DNA of 62,786 bases, counting the filler, from Octopus bimaculoides (taxonomy: Eukaryota): assembly GCF_001194135.2 (NCBI RefSeq). It is 6 parts of 6 records of this genome, joined end to end, with 100 filler letters (N's around TTAATTAATTAA, not from the genome) between each part and the next. Parts side by side here need not be neighbours in the genome. Positions count along the whole stretch, not along the records: positions 1 to 21,142 come from NC_069003.1; positions 21,243 to 31,903 come from NC_068991.1; 4 more parts are not named here. One strand, given 5' to 3'. The notes below the pieces were generated by a model that worked only from the letters and a program-made list of their open reading frames with translations, was not told the DNA's origin and did not search any database. The position numbers and the translations under genes are program-made. Of the stretch, positions 12,700 through 25,496 are shown piece by piece. Numbering within the stretch: position 1 is the stretch's first letter; each line of letters begins with the position of its first letter.

Positions 12700-13765
12700 G
12701 AGAGAGTATTATCCACCCATCTCGTTCTTTGTTTACTTGTTGGCTCAGCTTGAAGAATCAATCTAATGATTCTTTCCTGTGATATGCTTATAATGGTTGC
12801 ATAACCAGAGGTGTGAACTGTCAGTTTGGAGAAGTACTGCTGGACTTGGAGAGATTCTCTGATCTCCAAACTATGCACCCTGTTGAATAACGCCACATCC
12901 TAGATCCTTTGGAGGAATTCCATTTCGACTGTTTGTATTTTGATCATTACCCAACATCTTCACCTGTGGTTATGCATGTAACAATGGCTTTATTCCAAGT
13001 AGACAGAGCTATCATTACACTTTTTGGTCAGGTTCTCAAACACGACCAACATAGATTATGGATATTATCCAACCATCTCGTTCTTCATCAATCCTATGGT
13101 CTCCTGCTGGTTGCTTTAGCTTGAAGAATTCTTGAAATCCTTTGTAACAGTGACTTCATTCCAAGTAGTAAAAAAAACTGTTATTCCACTTTCCAGCTAG
13201 ATTCCCAAGCACAACCAAGACAATGGATATGATCCAGCCGGGGCAAGCGAAAGCGTGTAAAGACATTCGAGCGAGATCGCTGCCAGTGCCGCCGGACTGG
13301 CTCCTGTGCAGGTGGCGCGTAAAATACACCATTTTGAGCATGGCTGTTGCCAGTACCGCCTGACTGGCCTTCGTGCCAGTGGCACGTAAAAGCACCCACT
13401 ACACTCTTGGAGTGGTTGGCGTTAGGAAGGGCATCCAGCTGTAGAAACTCTGCCAGATCAGATTGGAGCCTGGTGTAGCCATCTGGTTCACCTGTCCTCA
13501 GTCAAATCATCCAACCCATGCTAGCATGGAAAGCAGACGTTAAACGATGATGATCTATTCCTTGGGCCCCTGCCAGTTAGCTTAGCTTGAAGAACCCGTC
13601 TTGTAATCCTTTCCCAAAACATTCTAATTTACAATATTGAAGCTCTGACCTCTAGATTGAGTGAGAGACTCTCTGATCTCTATGGCTATGCACCCTCTGA
13701 AGCAATATCACTCCAGAGATTTTTCCAAAGAGCCCCATTTTGACGGCTTGTATTCTCAATCATAT
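12700..13765 (-). mobile_element. Cluster of old RTE-like ORF2 C-terminal fragments (further copy at about 11750-11950)
   Basis: Minus-strand peptides WERITRRVLQAKLTGRGPR, RTRWLDNI, LILQAEPTSKQRTRWVDN, LDHIHCLG and (11.8 kb) SKRPRGRQRTRWLD*IHRLSWSHLGI. All match the RPRGRPRTRW motif. Confidence 0.65.
13236..13555 (+). mobile_element. RTE 3'-UTR-derived repeat, (GAT)n tail
   Basis: Same sequence as 30415-30655 (gcacccactacactc..aggaagggcatccagctgtagaaactctgcc..gacgttaaacgatgatgat). Confidence 0.85.
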
Positions 13766-14399
13766 TCTCTTGGTCAGTACCCATCGCTCCATTCATGACC
13801 AAAGGTGTGGACAGACATGGAAACGAAAATAAACAGAAACACAGAGACTGCAAATTTAATTGGAAATCTGGTGTAGAAAGAATTTAAAAAAAAAACATTT
13901 TTTTCCCCCGTTTTTTTTTTCTTTTCTTTCTTACAAGTGGTGTGGTTAGTACGCAATGATGCAGTCATCTAATTCCAAGACTGTTGAAAAGAATTACAGA
14001 CTTGTTCCAATATGGCAAGGAAAAATATTTGAATTTGCAACGTCATCGAGTCTATTGCAAAATAAAGAAATGATTTGAAAGTGTGATATGTAAAATCACA
14101 TTCATCTGTGTGTCTGTGTACATTGATATTCATGTGTGTCTGTGTGTATGCATCTAGGTATATATATATATGTATATATACATATAACAACATTTCTTTA
14201 TGTATCTCTGTATATTTGTCAGTATTGATACGACTGCGCATATGTTTTTCAACACATTCAATAGTATGTGTGCATATTTATGTGAATTGATATATGTGTA
14301 TGTGTAAGTATGTATGTATGTATGTAAACACATTCATCTATGAGTCGGTGTTTCTGTAAGTACATATATGTGTGCAAGTATATATATACATATATATAC

Positions 14400-14455
<56 letters not shown>

Positions 14456-14506
14456 ACACATGTTCATCTATGTGTGTGTATATTTTTGTTTATTGATCTT
14501 TGGGCG

Positions 14507-14563
<57 letters not shown>

Positions 14564-15259
14564 GTGTGTGTACATATGTCTCAGGATAGATCAATGAATA
14601 GATACAGCTATATGGCGTGCACATAATGTGCATACAGAGGTATACGAGTGTATGTAAATAAAGGCGTATACAGGTACACAACTGTATAGAAATGTACACT
14701 CACATAAGATAGACACACGTTTGAAAATAGTATAAACAATACAAAGGAACTGACACAAACCTATGCAGAGGATTATGGTATAACAGCATATACGTACATA
14801 TATATATATATATATATATACACACATCATACATAAACACACATGTATCGATAAATACACACATATATACATATAAACCAACATACATGAAAATACATAC
14901 ATATATTCACACACAAACATCCAAATACACCCATATACATACACACACACATTTTCATCCCTCCATGTATATATATATATGTTTGTGCGTGTGTTTACTT
15001 GTGTGTATCTGTGTGTGTGTGTGTGAGTGCATATATACACACACACACATTTATGTATTCATAAATACACACACACACACATAAAACATACTTTCAAATG
15101 CAAACACACACACACACACACACACATTCATTCATCCATATATTTACATATACACCTGGACTTTAGATATACATACACGCAGCTATGCAAGACACACATA
15201 CAACGCAACACATTGATATATACACACATAAACACACATACATACATTCACTGTTAAAT

Positions 15260-15299
<40 letters not shown>

Positions 15300-16280
15300 A
15301 TATCCATAAGTGCACCATAAATAAATACATACAGAAACGTGTGTATATATATCGGTTTGGTTGTGCTTTAAAAGCCAACCTTTTCATCTGAAGCTAAGCA
15401 GCATAGACTCAAGAATGGTGCTGGTGGTGNNNNNNNNNNNNNNNNNNNNNNNNNNNNNNNNNNNNNNNNNNNNNNNNNNNNNNNNNNNNNNNNNNNNNNN
15501 NNNNNNNNNNNNNNNNNNNNNNNNNNNNNNNNNNNNNNNNNNNNNNNNNNNNNNNNNNNNNNNNNNNNNNNNNNNNNNNNNNNNNNNNNNNNNNNNNNNN
15601 NNNNNNNNNNNNNNNNNNNNNNNNNNNNNNGGAGGGGAAGGAGCAAGAGTGATGCAAATGTGTGGCGCTGATCTTAAAGCAAATTAAGATGTTGAATAAA
15701 TCTTTCACGTAACGGTGTTGTTGTTGTTGTTTGAGACTAGCTAAAAATATAAGAAAAAAAAAAAATATACACACCGATGTGTGAGTATATATATACATAT
15801 ATATATTTGTGTGTGTGTGTATAAATATTTATGTGTGCGTGTGTCTACAAACATGGGAGTGTGTGTGTGTGTGTGTGTGCATATATATTTAGTTGTGTGT
15901 GTATATGTATGTGTGTGTATACATATCTCTTTGTGCGTGAGTGAGTGTATTTGTATGTCTACGTGTTTATGTGTGTGCATATGTATGCACACACAGATGT
16001 GCATGAAGATATGTATGTTGTGTGTGTGTGTGTGCGTGTGTATATGTGTGTGTGTATACAAACACAACTATTTTTGAACCAAAGTCGACCAACAAACAGA
16101 CAAATGGACATTAAAAGTAGAAAAGCACTCAAGATGGTTTGAAGGGATTTGCTCCGAGAGATATAACGGCAACAAGAACAAGAACAAGAACAATAATCTC
16201 AACAACAACAACATTCTGGGGTGGAGTGGGGTAAAAACTAAGTGAAAACCACAATAACAGCCATAACGCGTGCACACACA

Positions 16281-16344
<64 letters not shown>

Positions 16345-16675
16345 CAAAATGTTCAAACAAGGCACTGGCATGACTATGTGGTAACAAACTTGCTTCCCAA
16401 CCACATGGTTCAGAGTTCAGTCCCACTGTGTGGGACTTTCAGCAAGTGTCTTGTACTACAGCCTTGGGTTGACCCAAAAACCTTGTGACTGGATTTGGTA
16501 CATGGAAACTGAAAGAAGCCTGTTGTGTATGTACACACACACACACACATATATGTATATATACAGTTCTATATTTAAGAGATGAGGAATTATGTACATT
16601 ATTTACATTTGACGGATATTTGTCCTCATCTTGTTTGTTGTTAGCACGTTTTGGCTGTGTCTTGGGGAAATTATA

Positions 16676-16712
<37 letters not shown>

Positions 16713-18121
16713 NNNNNNNNNNNNNNNNNNNNNNNNNNNNNNNNNNNNNNNNNNNNNNNNNNNNNNNNNNNNNNNNNNNNNNNNNNNNNNNNNNNNNNNN
16801 NNNNNNNNNNNNNNNNNNNNNNNNNNNNNNNNNNNNNNNNNNNNNNNNNNNNNNNNNNNNNNNNNNNNNNNNNNNNNNNNNNNNNNNNNNNNNNNNNNNN
16901 NNNNNNNNNNNNNNNNNNNNNNNNNNNNNNNNNNNNNNNNNNNNNNNNNNNNNNNNNNNNNNNNNNNNNNNNNNNNNNNNNNNNNNNNNNNNNNNNNNNN
17001 NNNNNNNNNNNNNNNNNNNNNNNNNNNNNNNNNNNNNNNNNNNNNNNNNNNNNNNNNNNNNNNNNNNNNNNNNNNNNNNNNNNNNNNNNNNNNNNNNNNN
17101 NNNNNNNNNNNNNNNNNNNNNNNNNNNNNNNNNNNNNNNNNNNNNNNNNNNNNNNNNNNNNNNNNNNNNNNNNNNNNNNNNNNNNNNNNNNNNNNNNNNN
17201 NNNNNNNNNNNNNNNNNNNNNNNNNNNNNNNNNNNNNNNNNNNNNNNNNNNNNNNNNNNNNNNNNNNNNNNNNNNNNNNNNNNNNNNNNNNNNNNNNNNN
17301 NNNNNNNNNNNNNNNNNNNNNNNNNNNNNNNNNNNNNNNNNNNNNNNNNNNNNNNNNNNNNNNNNNNNNNNNNNNNNNNNNNNNNNNNNNNNNNNNNNNN
17401 NNNNNNNNNNNNNNNNNNNNNNNNNNNNNNNNNNNNNNNNNNNNNNNNNNNNNNNNNNNNNNNNNNNNNNNNNNNNNNNNNNNNNNNNNNNNNNNNNNNN
17501 NNNNNNNNNNNNNNNNNNNNNNNNNNNNNNNNNNNNNNNNNNNTATATATATATATATATATCAATCTGTCTACAAGGAAGCTATGTCTTTAAATATATG
17601 TGTGTATGTGTGTGTGTGGATCAGAGAGAGAGGGAGAGACAGGCAGAGACGATGATGTAACAAAAATGTTGTTCTGTAATCTCCAAGAACACAAAAGACT
17701 GAGAAAAATTATCGAAGAAAGACTGACATTTAAAGATTTGATGTATAATTGATGCTGAATTCACCTTCCTACAAACTATCTACTCCCACCTCCAACTCCC
17801 CCCTCCCTCTCACCCACATACTTTCCTTATAAATTTTTCCACAATTCTTTTTTTCCTTATGTATTTTCCTGTTTTCCAGTCTCACACACACATATCTGTA
17901 TACGCACAGATATATGTGTACGTAAACACATATCTGTATACACACACACACACACATATATGCATGTATGTATATATGTGTTTTCTGTACTCTGGTTATT
18001 ATTATTTTCTTGCGTACGTTTTGTTTGCAATGTCCTGTAACCCAGATATGCACCTATATATACAGGTAGATGTAGGTATGCACATACCTGTACGTATATA
18101 TGCATATACTCATTTATTATT

Positions 18122-18162
<41 letters not shown>

Positions 18163-18959
18163 TGCTTACCTCTTCCTCTTTCAGTCTCTAAATAATTTTC
18201 TCCATGATTCTACTCTGTTCAATCATTCTCTTTCTCTCTCCCTCTCTCTTTCTCTCATTCTCACTCTGTCTCTCTGACTGTCTTATTTTCCCTCTACCTC
18301 ACTTTTTCTTAAAAATCCCCTTCCAAATTCCTCGCTCTCTTGCAGAGAAAGAATAAGAAATGCCATTTTTATATTCCTTACTCTTTTATCTTTTCACTCA
18401 TATCCTCTCCGTCTCTCTAAATTCTCTAACCCTTCCCCACCCCTCCCACTCTCTATTACTCCCCCACCTCAGCCTACTACTCCCCCTCCCCAATCTATCA
18501 GTGTCTCTGACATTACAATGAGAACAACCTTCCTTTCTACCTACATATACTCATTGCTCTAGTTGTTTAGAATTTAAAATTAAAATTAATCCTTTCTACT
18601 GTAGAGCTATAGGTACAAGGCCTGATATTTAGTGGAGAAGGGTCTAGTTCGTTGCAGCAGCCCCTAATGCGCAAATAGTACTTATTTCATCAATCCTGAA
18701 TTTAAAAAAAAAAAAATTAAAAAAAGAAAATAAAAATGAAAAAAGGCAAAGTCAATCTCGGCAGAATTTGAACTCAGAATGAAAAAAAGCTGGAAAAAAT
18801 ACCATGAAGCAGTTTTGTCCAATGCATTGAAAATTCTGTCTGTTCATCACCTTAATGATATTTCTTTCTGGTATAGGCACAAAGCTTGACATTTTGGGGG
18901 AGAGGGCTAGTTGATTTCATCGGACCCAATGTTTATATGCACACAATCACACACATACA

Positions 18960-18998
<39 letters not shown>

Positions 18999-19016
18999 TC
19001 ACACAGTTACATACCA

Positions 19017-19057
<41 letters not shown>

Positions 19058-19229
19058 AAGGGCAGAGTTTCTATGGCTGGATGCCCTTCCTTATGCCAAC
19101 CACTCTGAGAGTGTAGTGGGTGCTTTTACGTGCCACCAGCACAAGTACCGGGAAGGCGATGCTGGTAACAATCACGCACAAATGGTGCTATATATATATA
19201 CACACACACAAATAGCAAATTCTATATAT

Positions 19230-19632
19230 ACATCATCATCATCATCGTTTAACGTCCGCTTTCCATGCTAGCATGGGTTGGACGATTTGACTGAGGACTG
19301 GTGAAACCGGATGGCAACACCAGGCTCCAATCTAATTTGGCAGAGTTTCTACAGCTGGATGCCCTTCCTAACGCCAACCACTCAGAGAGTGTAGTGGGTG
19401 CTTTTACATGTCATCCGCATGAAAACGGCCACGCTCGAAATAGTGTCTTTTATGTGCCACCTGCACAAGCCAGTCCAGGGGCACTGGCAACGGTCTCACT
19501 TGAAAATCCTACGGGAGCCAGCCAGGCGGTACTGGCAACGGCCACGCTCAAAATGGTGCATCTCATGTGCCACCCGCACAAGAGCCAGTCCAGGGGCACT
19601 GGCAACGATTTTACTTGGCTTGCCGGGTCTTA
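19230..19632 (-). mobile_element. RTE 3'-UTR-derived repeat with duplicated internal module
   Basis: (CAT)n-cgtttaacgtccgctttccatgctagcatgggttggacg..., the reverse complement of 13236-13555. A partial copy lies at about 19065-19190. Confidence 0.85.
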
Positions 19633-20635
19633 AATACATACACACATATATATCCACATATATATTACTTATAAGCACTTTAGAAAACCACTATGAAGCA
19701 AATTAGAAATAGAGAGTATAAGAAAAGGTTTGAACCTTTACTTTGCATGTAAATATTTCGGCTTTAAAACCCCTTTCGAAGAAAAGAGATGAAGTGGAAA
19801 ACGAGTGGTGTTTAGATCCCCTCAGACATGTTGGTTACGCATATTTGTAGGTAGGAGACACCAATTGATAATGTTACATAATAAAGCTAACCAGCATCTC
19901 ACCACTCCTACATGTTGTTGTTGTTGTTGACAGAAGAGTTGAACAAGTTGAAGGCAATTACTATTCAGACTTGCCTGTATTTTGTTGCTGGTGGCTTTCA
20001 TGGTGACAGCAATATCCTGCTTATGATATCTCTCCAGATGGGTTCTAAGGACAGAAGCATTCAGTAACATCTTCCACCCCACCATAGGTGTGTGTGTGAG
20101 TGTGTGTGTGTGTGTGTGTGTGTATAGAGTGTATAGGTTTATATATNNNNNNNNNNNNNNNNNNNNNNNNNNNNNNNNNNNNNNNNNNNNNNNNNNNNNN
20201 NNNNNNNNNNNNNNNNNNNNNNNNNNNNNNNNNNNNNNNNNNNNNNNNNNNNNNNNNNNNNNNNNNNNNNNNNNNNNNNNNNNNNNNNNNNNNNNNNNNN
20301 NNNNNNNNNNNNNNNNNNNNNNNNNNNNNNNNNNNNNNNNNNNNNNNNNNNNNNNNNNNNNNNNNNNNNNNNNNNNNNNNNNNNNNNNNNNNNNNNNNNN
20401 NNNNNNNNNNNNNNNNNNNNNNNNNNNNNNNNNNNNNNNNNNNNNNNNNNNNNNNNNNNNNNNNNNNNNNNNNNNNNNNNNNNNNNNNNNNNNNNNATAT
20501 ATATATATATATATAAGTTAAAAAAACACAAAAAACAATAACAAAAAAACAACAAAGTGAGGATGTGATATATATATATAATAAATAAATAAATAAATAA
20601 ATACAAACATACATGTATAGTGTATATAGGTTATA

Positions 20636-20674
<39 letters not shown>

Positions 20675-21142
20675 GATATGTAAATTTTATGTATGTATGG
20701 TACATAGATTGTATGCACACACACACATATATGTATTGTGTGTACAGATTAATGCCATATATATCTATATATATATATATATATACAAACACACCCATAT
20801 ATACATAATAGCTATAGACCCAAACACATGCATATATGTACATACAGATATATATGTGTCTGTGTGCCTATAAATACAAACATACACACAGAGGCAGGCA
20901 CCTATAAATATACATACACCTACATACATCCATGTAAACATGCATCTATAAATACACACATACACACACATATATATACATACATACGCACGTTTAAACA
21001 CTCAAACAGAAATACAGATGCACACACACACACATACACACATATATGTAGATCACACACACACATACACACTATTGATTTCGCCCCAATCTTCACTCCC
21101 ACAATAAGCAGGTCCAACCACCCACCTCCAATCAACCGACTG

Positions 21143-21242
21143 NNNNNNNNNNNNNNNNNNNNNNNNNNNNNNNNNNNNNNNNNNNNTTAATTAATTAANN
21201 NNNNNNNNNNNNNNNNNNNNNNNNNNNNNNNNNNNNNNNNNN
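21143..21242. other. Artificial junction spacer: 44 N + TTAATTAATTAA + 44 N (also 31904-32003, 46443-46542, 53095-53194, 60930-61029)
   Basis: The same 100-bp layout was counted at five places. The 12-mer is palindromic and puts TAA in all six frames. Confidence 0.95.
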
Positions 21243-21417
21243 ATATACATATATATACGTGTGTTTGGGTGCGTGTGTGTATATACATCTCTATATATAA
21301 AGATGATGCGTAGTCTAGACGGCGTTTTTAGATTTCATTATTCGCTTTAACCCGGGCAACGCCGGGTATTTCTGCTAGTATGTATATATATATATATATG
21401 TATGTGTGTGTATATGT

Positions 21418-21627
21418 TTGTGTGTCTGTGTTTGTCCCTCCAACATCGCTTGACAACCGATGCTGGTGTATTTAGGTCCCTGTAACTTAGCGGTTCGGCA
21501 AAAGAGACCGATAGAATAAGTACTAGGCTTACAAAGAATAAGTCCTGGGGTCGATTTGATTCGATTAAAGGCGGTGCTCCAGCATGGCCGCAGTCAAATG
21601 ATTGAAACAAGTAAAAGAGTAAAGAGA
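21418..21627 (+). mobile_element. Family B SINE tail (others at about 50484-50660, 51063-51272, 57915-58120, all +)
   Basis: cgcttgacaaccgatgctggtg..aacttagcggttcggcaaaagagaccgatagaataagtactaggcttacaaagaataagtcctggggtcgat..ccagcatggccgcagtcaaatga..gtaaaagag. It ends about 20 bp from the COG2 exon g donor. Confidence 0.85.
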
Positions 21628-21647
21628 GATACATATTATACACAAAC

Positions 21648-21814
21648 CTCTTTTTGGTAAATTTCCTCAATCCAAGAACTGTAACGTGACAACAGCTGAA
21701 GATTCAGTTTGAGGAATCTGTGCATTAATGTAGGCAGATAGACATCTGGCTGCCAACAATGGCAGATTGACTCCCACAAATGGAAACTAGCATGGAGATA
21801 CATATCGCTTCCAT
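21648..21814 (-). CDS. COG2: COG2 exon g (167 bp, phase 1 to 0)
   Basis: (D)GSDMYLHASFHLWESICHCWQPDVYLPTLMHRFLKLNLQLLSRYSSWIEEIYQKE (human CLLASHRTWSSLRRCWSDEMFLPLLVHRLWRLTLQILARYS). Splice sites ttgtttttcAG and GAG|GTTTGT; phase agrees with exon f. Confidence 0.9.
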
Positions 21815-21934
21815 CTGAAAAACAAGGAACAAAGCTAAAATTCTCAGTAATGGACATAAATAAATGTGTAAGACAATTACATGAATATGTATGTATGTAT
21901 GTATGTATACATATATATATATATATATACTGTG

Positions 21935-22203
21935 ACAAGTCTTCATTAAAGACCTGTGATATGCAGGACACTGATTGGGAGAACAATGCCTGTCATCGCC
22001 ACGGATGGAGGAAGCAGGTTAAGGAGGGGATCGACATTTTTGAGAGAGCACGTATCCAGCGTGAAGAACTTAAGCGAGCTGCACAAAAGCGCACAGCTCA
22101 TATAGTGAATGGGGAAAGCTTAGTCTGCAATGTTTGCAGCCATGTATGCTTGTCAAGAGCAGTGCTCATTAGCCACCAACAGAGCCACAAATGCAAAATA
22201 TAA
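21935..22203 (+). mobile_element. RTE-clade LINE ORF2 C-terminus with C2H2 finger
   Basis: SLKTCDMQDTDWENNACHRHGWRKQVKEGIDIFERARIQREELKRAAQKR..LVCNVCSHVCLSRAVLISHQQSH*. Confidence 0.75.
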
Positions 22204-22384
22204 GTTAGTCCTAGAGCGCACAATGTTCCTGAAGGTCGGCAATGGTCTTCCTCGGTCACGAATGGACGGCCATCATATATATATACTAAATATGTGGAAA
22301 ATCGGTGTGTGTTTGTTTGTGGTGTTGTTAGCTAACTCCTCCTACATCGTTTTATTGATTTTGATGAAACACATTTATAAAGAG

Positions 22385-22430
22385 GTCTTACAGCTGTTTC
22401 TGGGATATTTTATATATCCCTCCATGAGAC
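22385..22430 (-). ncRNA. Degenerate type I hammerhead ribozyme motif (core mutated)
   Basis: GUCU-CAUGGA-GGGAUAU-AUAAA-AUAUCCC-A-GAAA-CAGCUG-UA-AGAC. Stem I (4 bp) and stem II (7 bp) are perfect, but CUGAUGA is replaced by CAUGGA. Confidence 0.55.
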
Positions 22431-23689
22431 AGTGCGAGAAAATGGTTAAGCAATAGTTATTATAGAGAAGATATGAAATATAGAGTGAAGTGGAAGAAGG
22501 AAAACAGATGTAAGATACGTAAGGATATTGGATCTGCAGTTCCATTATTTGAGCAGAATGGTGTATATATAAGTTTCCTGTACCTTGTGTGTGGGTTCCA
22601 ATGTTGCTTATAACTGGTCATTCCAAGCATAGAGTGTTGTAAAAGGTGTTAGTTAATGGAGGGGTTTTTTGAAGTGACTTAAAAGCTGGGAATGTATTTG
22701 TAAGGTCAAATTGAAAACAGGAAGAGAGAAGAAAAAAAGGAAAAAAGGAAGAGAGAAAAAAAAAAGGAAAAAAGGAAGAGAGAAAAAAAATTGGGGAGAG
22801 AGATAATAAAGAAATGAAGAGACGTGGTCAGTCAGGATAATATGATAGAAGGAAGAGAGAGATGAGGGTGAGAGAGAGAGAAAGAGATGAGAGGGTAAAG
22901 AGTAAAGGAGTGTGAGGTATGTTGTGATAGAGCCTAAGTGAAGAGCAGACAGAGTGGGGTAAGGATAGTAAAATGGTGGAATAAAGAATTTGGGAATATA
23001 GGTTAGGTTGCTTAAATGGACAGGTCAGTGATGAGTAGTAGAAGAATGTATATTTGTGGAGATGTATACACATGTATATATTCAAACATGTATATAGACA
23101 TTTACACACATCAACACATAGATACACATGCAAAACTCTTGTATGTTATATGCATTCACGTATATACATGCTCATTTGTATCTAATTTTTGTATATCTTT
23201 TAAATTCATTTATGGTAATGTTAAGTGTATGCAAATAAAGCTCCTATTTCATTAAGCTGGCTACTGTCTAATGATACTGACTAATGGGTCAGTTTTTTGG
23301 GGTCGCATCATGGTTATACCAATATTATTATTATTATATACATGCACACACACAAACATGCATTTAGGATATATGCTCAGAAACATACTTATATAAAACA
23401 TATACACAAACATACATAACACACAACAGCTTCACAATGCTGTACTACCAGCCAATACTCTCTCTTTTGGGGTCACCTCTACTGTCACCCCACACCTACA
23501 TTTACATCATCACCCACCCTTACCTTCATTCTACTGACTCTGCTCCCAAATATCATGCCCTTTCCACCATCTCACCCACTGTGCTACTCTTTTTCCTATC
23601 CGCTTCCTAGATTACCTGAATAAATGTATATCTTTTATCTTGTACTTGTTTCACTCATTAGACCGCAGCCATGCTGTCTACTTACTATG

Positions 23690-24640
23690 ACTTTTGGTTT
23701 TTGCTAGGTTAACTCTAAAGCCCTTTGATTCTAGACCTTACTTCCATACCTGGAACTTCTTCTCCAGTTCAAATAGTGATTCAGCTATAAGAGCAAGGTC
23801 ATCAGCAGAGAGGAACTCCCAGGAGCAGCCTGTCTTGAATTCCTCTGTTATTACTTGGAGGACTATGATGAACAAGAAGGGGCTGAGCACCAATCCTTGG
23901 TGAACCTCTACTTGTACCCTGAATTCTTTGTTGTACTTGTTGCCCACCCTCACCTTACTGGTAGCATCCTTGAACAAGGCTTGTGCAGCTCTCACCAACC
24001 ACTCATCTATCCCTAGTTTCCATATCGACCACCAGATAACAGATCGGGGAACTCTGTCAAAAGCTTTCTCCATGTCAACGAAAGCCAGGTACAGAATTTT
24101 ATCCTTGGCTAGGTATTTCTCCTGCAGTTACCTTACCAGAAATATAGCATCAGTGGTGCTTCTATCTGGCACAAACCCAAACTGCATCTCATCTAGACTA
24201 ACTCTCTCCCTAATTAGTTGGGCTATGACTCTCTCCGCAACTTTCATCACCTGATTCAACAATTTGATACCTCTGTAATTATTTCCATCTAAGGCATTAC
24301 CTTTACTTTTGTAGCAGTTGACTATGGTGCTGCTACACTAGTCATTGGGTATGACTCCTTTGTGAACCACCTGATTTACAATACAGGTGACTAGACCATA
24401 ACCTACACCACCAGATATTTTAAGCATGTCAGCAGTGATTCTTGATGGGCCAGGGGCTTTCCGTGTCTTCATATCCCTAATTGCTTTATCTACCAGGGTA
24501 CTGTCAATTCGGATAGCTGGTCCCTCAGTGGGTCAACATTTGGCAGACTCTCCTTCTCCCATTCATTCTCTACATTCAGCAGTCTTTCATAATGGCATAT
24601 CCAAGCCTGTTTCTTTGTAGACTGATTCAAAGAACGCATG
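23690..24640 (-). mobile_element. RTE-clade LINE, reverse-transcriptase fragment (degenerate)
   Basis: MEKAFDRVPRSVIWWS..GIDEWLVRA..VHQGLVLSPFLFIIVLQVITEEFKTGCSWEFLSADDLALIAES (YADD box mutated to SADD). The upstream linker reads AWICHYERLLNVENEWEKESLPNVDP. Confidence 0.9.
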
Positions 24641-24994
24641 GCGCAGCATCTTTTGTTGGATCTCCCAAGACTGATAGATGAAAGAGGAGAAGGAAGCACA
24701 CTCACATGTAGACATTTAAAAATAAGTAGCAAATTTATATGAACAAAATCAGAAACATGCACACATAGAAACATCTAATAAGGAATCCTTGGTGGATAGA
24801 TGTGTTTTCTTTTCAACTACGTGTCTTGAACATTCAACTAGTAGCAAATCATAATTCAACGATGTTATGTGCCACTCTACATAGCATTCATCCCTAATTC
24901 TAGCCAGTTCAAATTTAAAACTTCAAAACCTTCATAAATACTGTAAAATTCAGGAGTCACCCAACCACCTAACAGTGTGTTAATAATGACATAC

Positions 24995-25056
24995 CTGGAG
25001 CATTATTTAACCCAGACAAAAGTGAATTCTCAAAAGCTCCGGCTATTTCTTGAAAC
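24995..25056 (-). CDS. COG2: COG2 exon f (62 bp, phase 2 to 1)
   Basis: (R)FQEIAGAFENSLLSGLNNAP(D) (human FREIAGSLEAALTDVLEDAP). Splice sites ttttcttgcAG and CAG|GTATGT. Confidence 0.9.
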
Positions 25057-25356
25057 CTGCAAGAAAAAAGATAAAAAGTAAGTATAGAGATTACTTCAAA
25101 ATTAAAATTTTAAAAATTTCTATAAAAAACTACTTTTCACCATCACTACTGTTATTATGTCCACAACCAGCAAAATGACTATTACACAACCATCACTAGA
25201 GTAATTACTACATGTACAACAGCACAACAATTATTATAATACACTAACTCTATAGACCATAACAACGTTACATGTCTATCTAACATGTAAAACTTTGTTT
25301 GCCTATGAAACAAATGTTATAGTGAATAAATAATAACAAAAAATTTCATTACTTAC

Positions 25357-25496
25357 CTGATTTGGAAATAGACAGGTAAACTCCAGCGAGACATGAAAAC
25401 TTGGTAGCTAGAATGTTCTCTTAACCGCCTCACACTTGCCTGTGAACCACACTGCTGCTCAAACTTACTCATGAAGTCCATGCTGATTGTGTATTT
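25357..25496 (-). CDS. COG2: COG2 exon e (140 bp, phase 0 to 2)
   Basis: KYTISMDFMSKFEQQCGSQASVRRLREHSSYQVFMSRWSLPVYFQI(R) (human KYTISMDFVRRLERQCGSQASVKRLRAH..KWNLPVYFQIR). Not in the ORF track; read directly from the sequence. Splice sites ttccttcacAG and CAG|GTAAGT. Confidence 0.95.

Noticed and set aside
13990-14030. Peptide WNKSVI / 13-bp match to the EXT1 exon, as a possible duplicated exon
   Set aside because: The match is only 13 bp with unrelated flanks and nearby stops; treated as chance.
21187-21198. TTAATTAATTAA as a biological motif (PacI-like or piggyBac TTAA sites)
   Set aside because: It is always centred in exactly 44 + 44 Ns, so it is an in-silico linker.
21640-21830. Plus-strand reading resembling a decayed RTE tail (KPLFGKFP.., WQIDSHKWKLA)
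   Set aside because: The minus strand is an intact COG2 exon with correct splice sites and phase.
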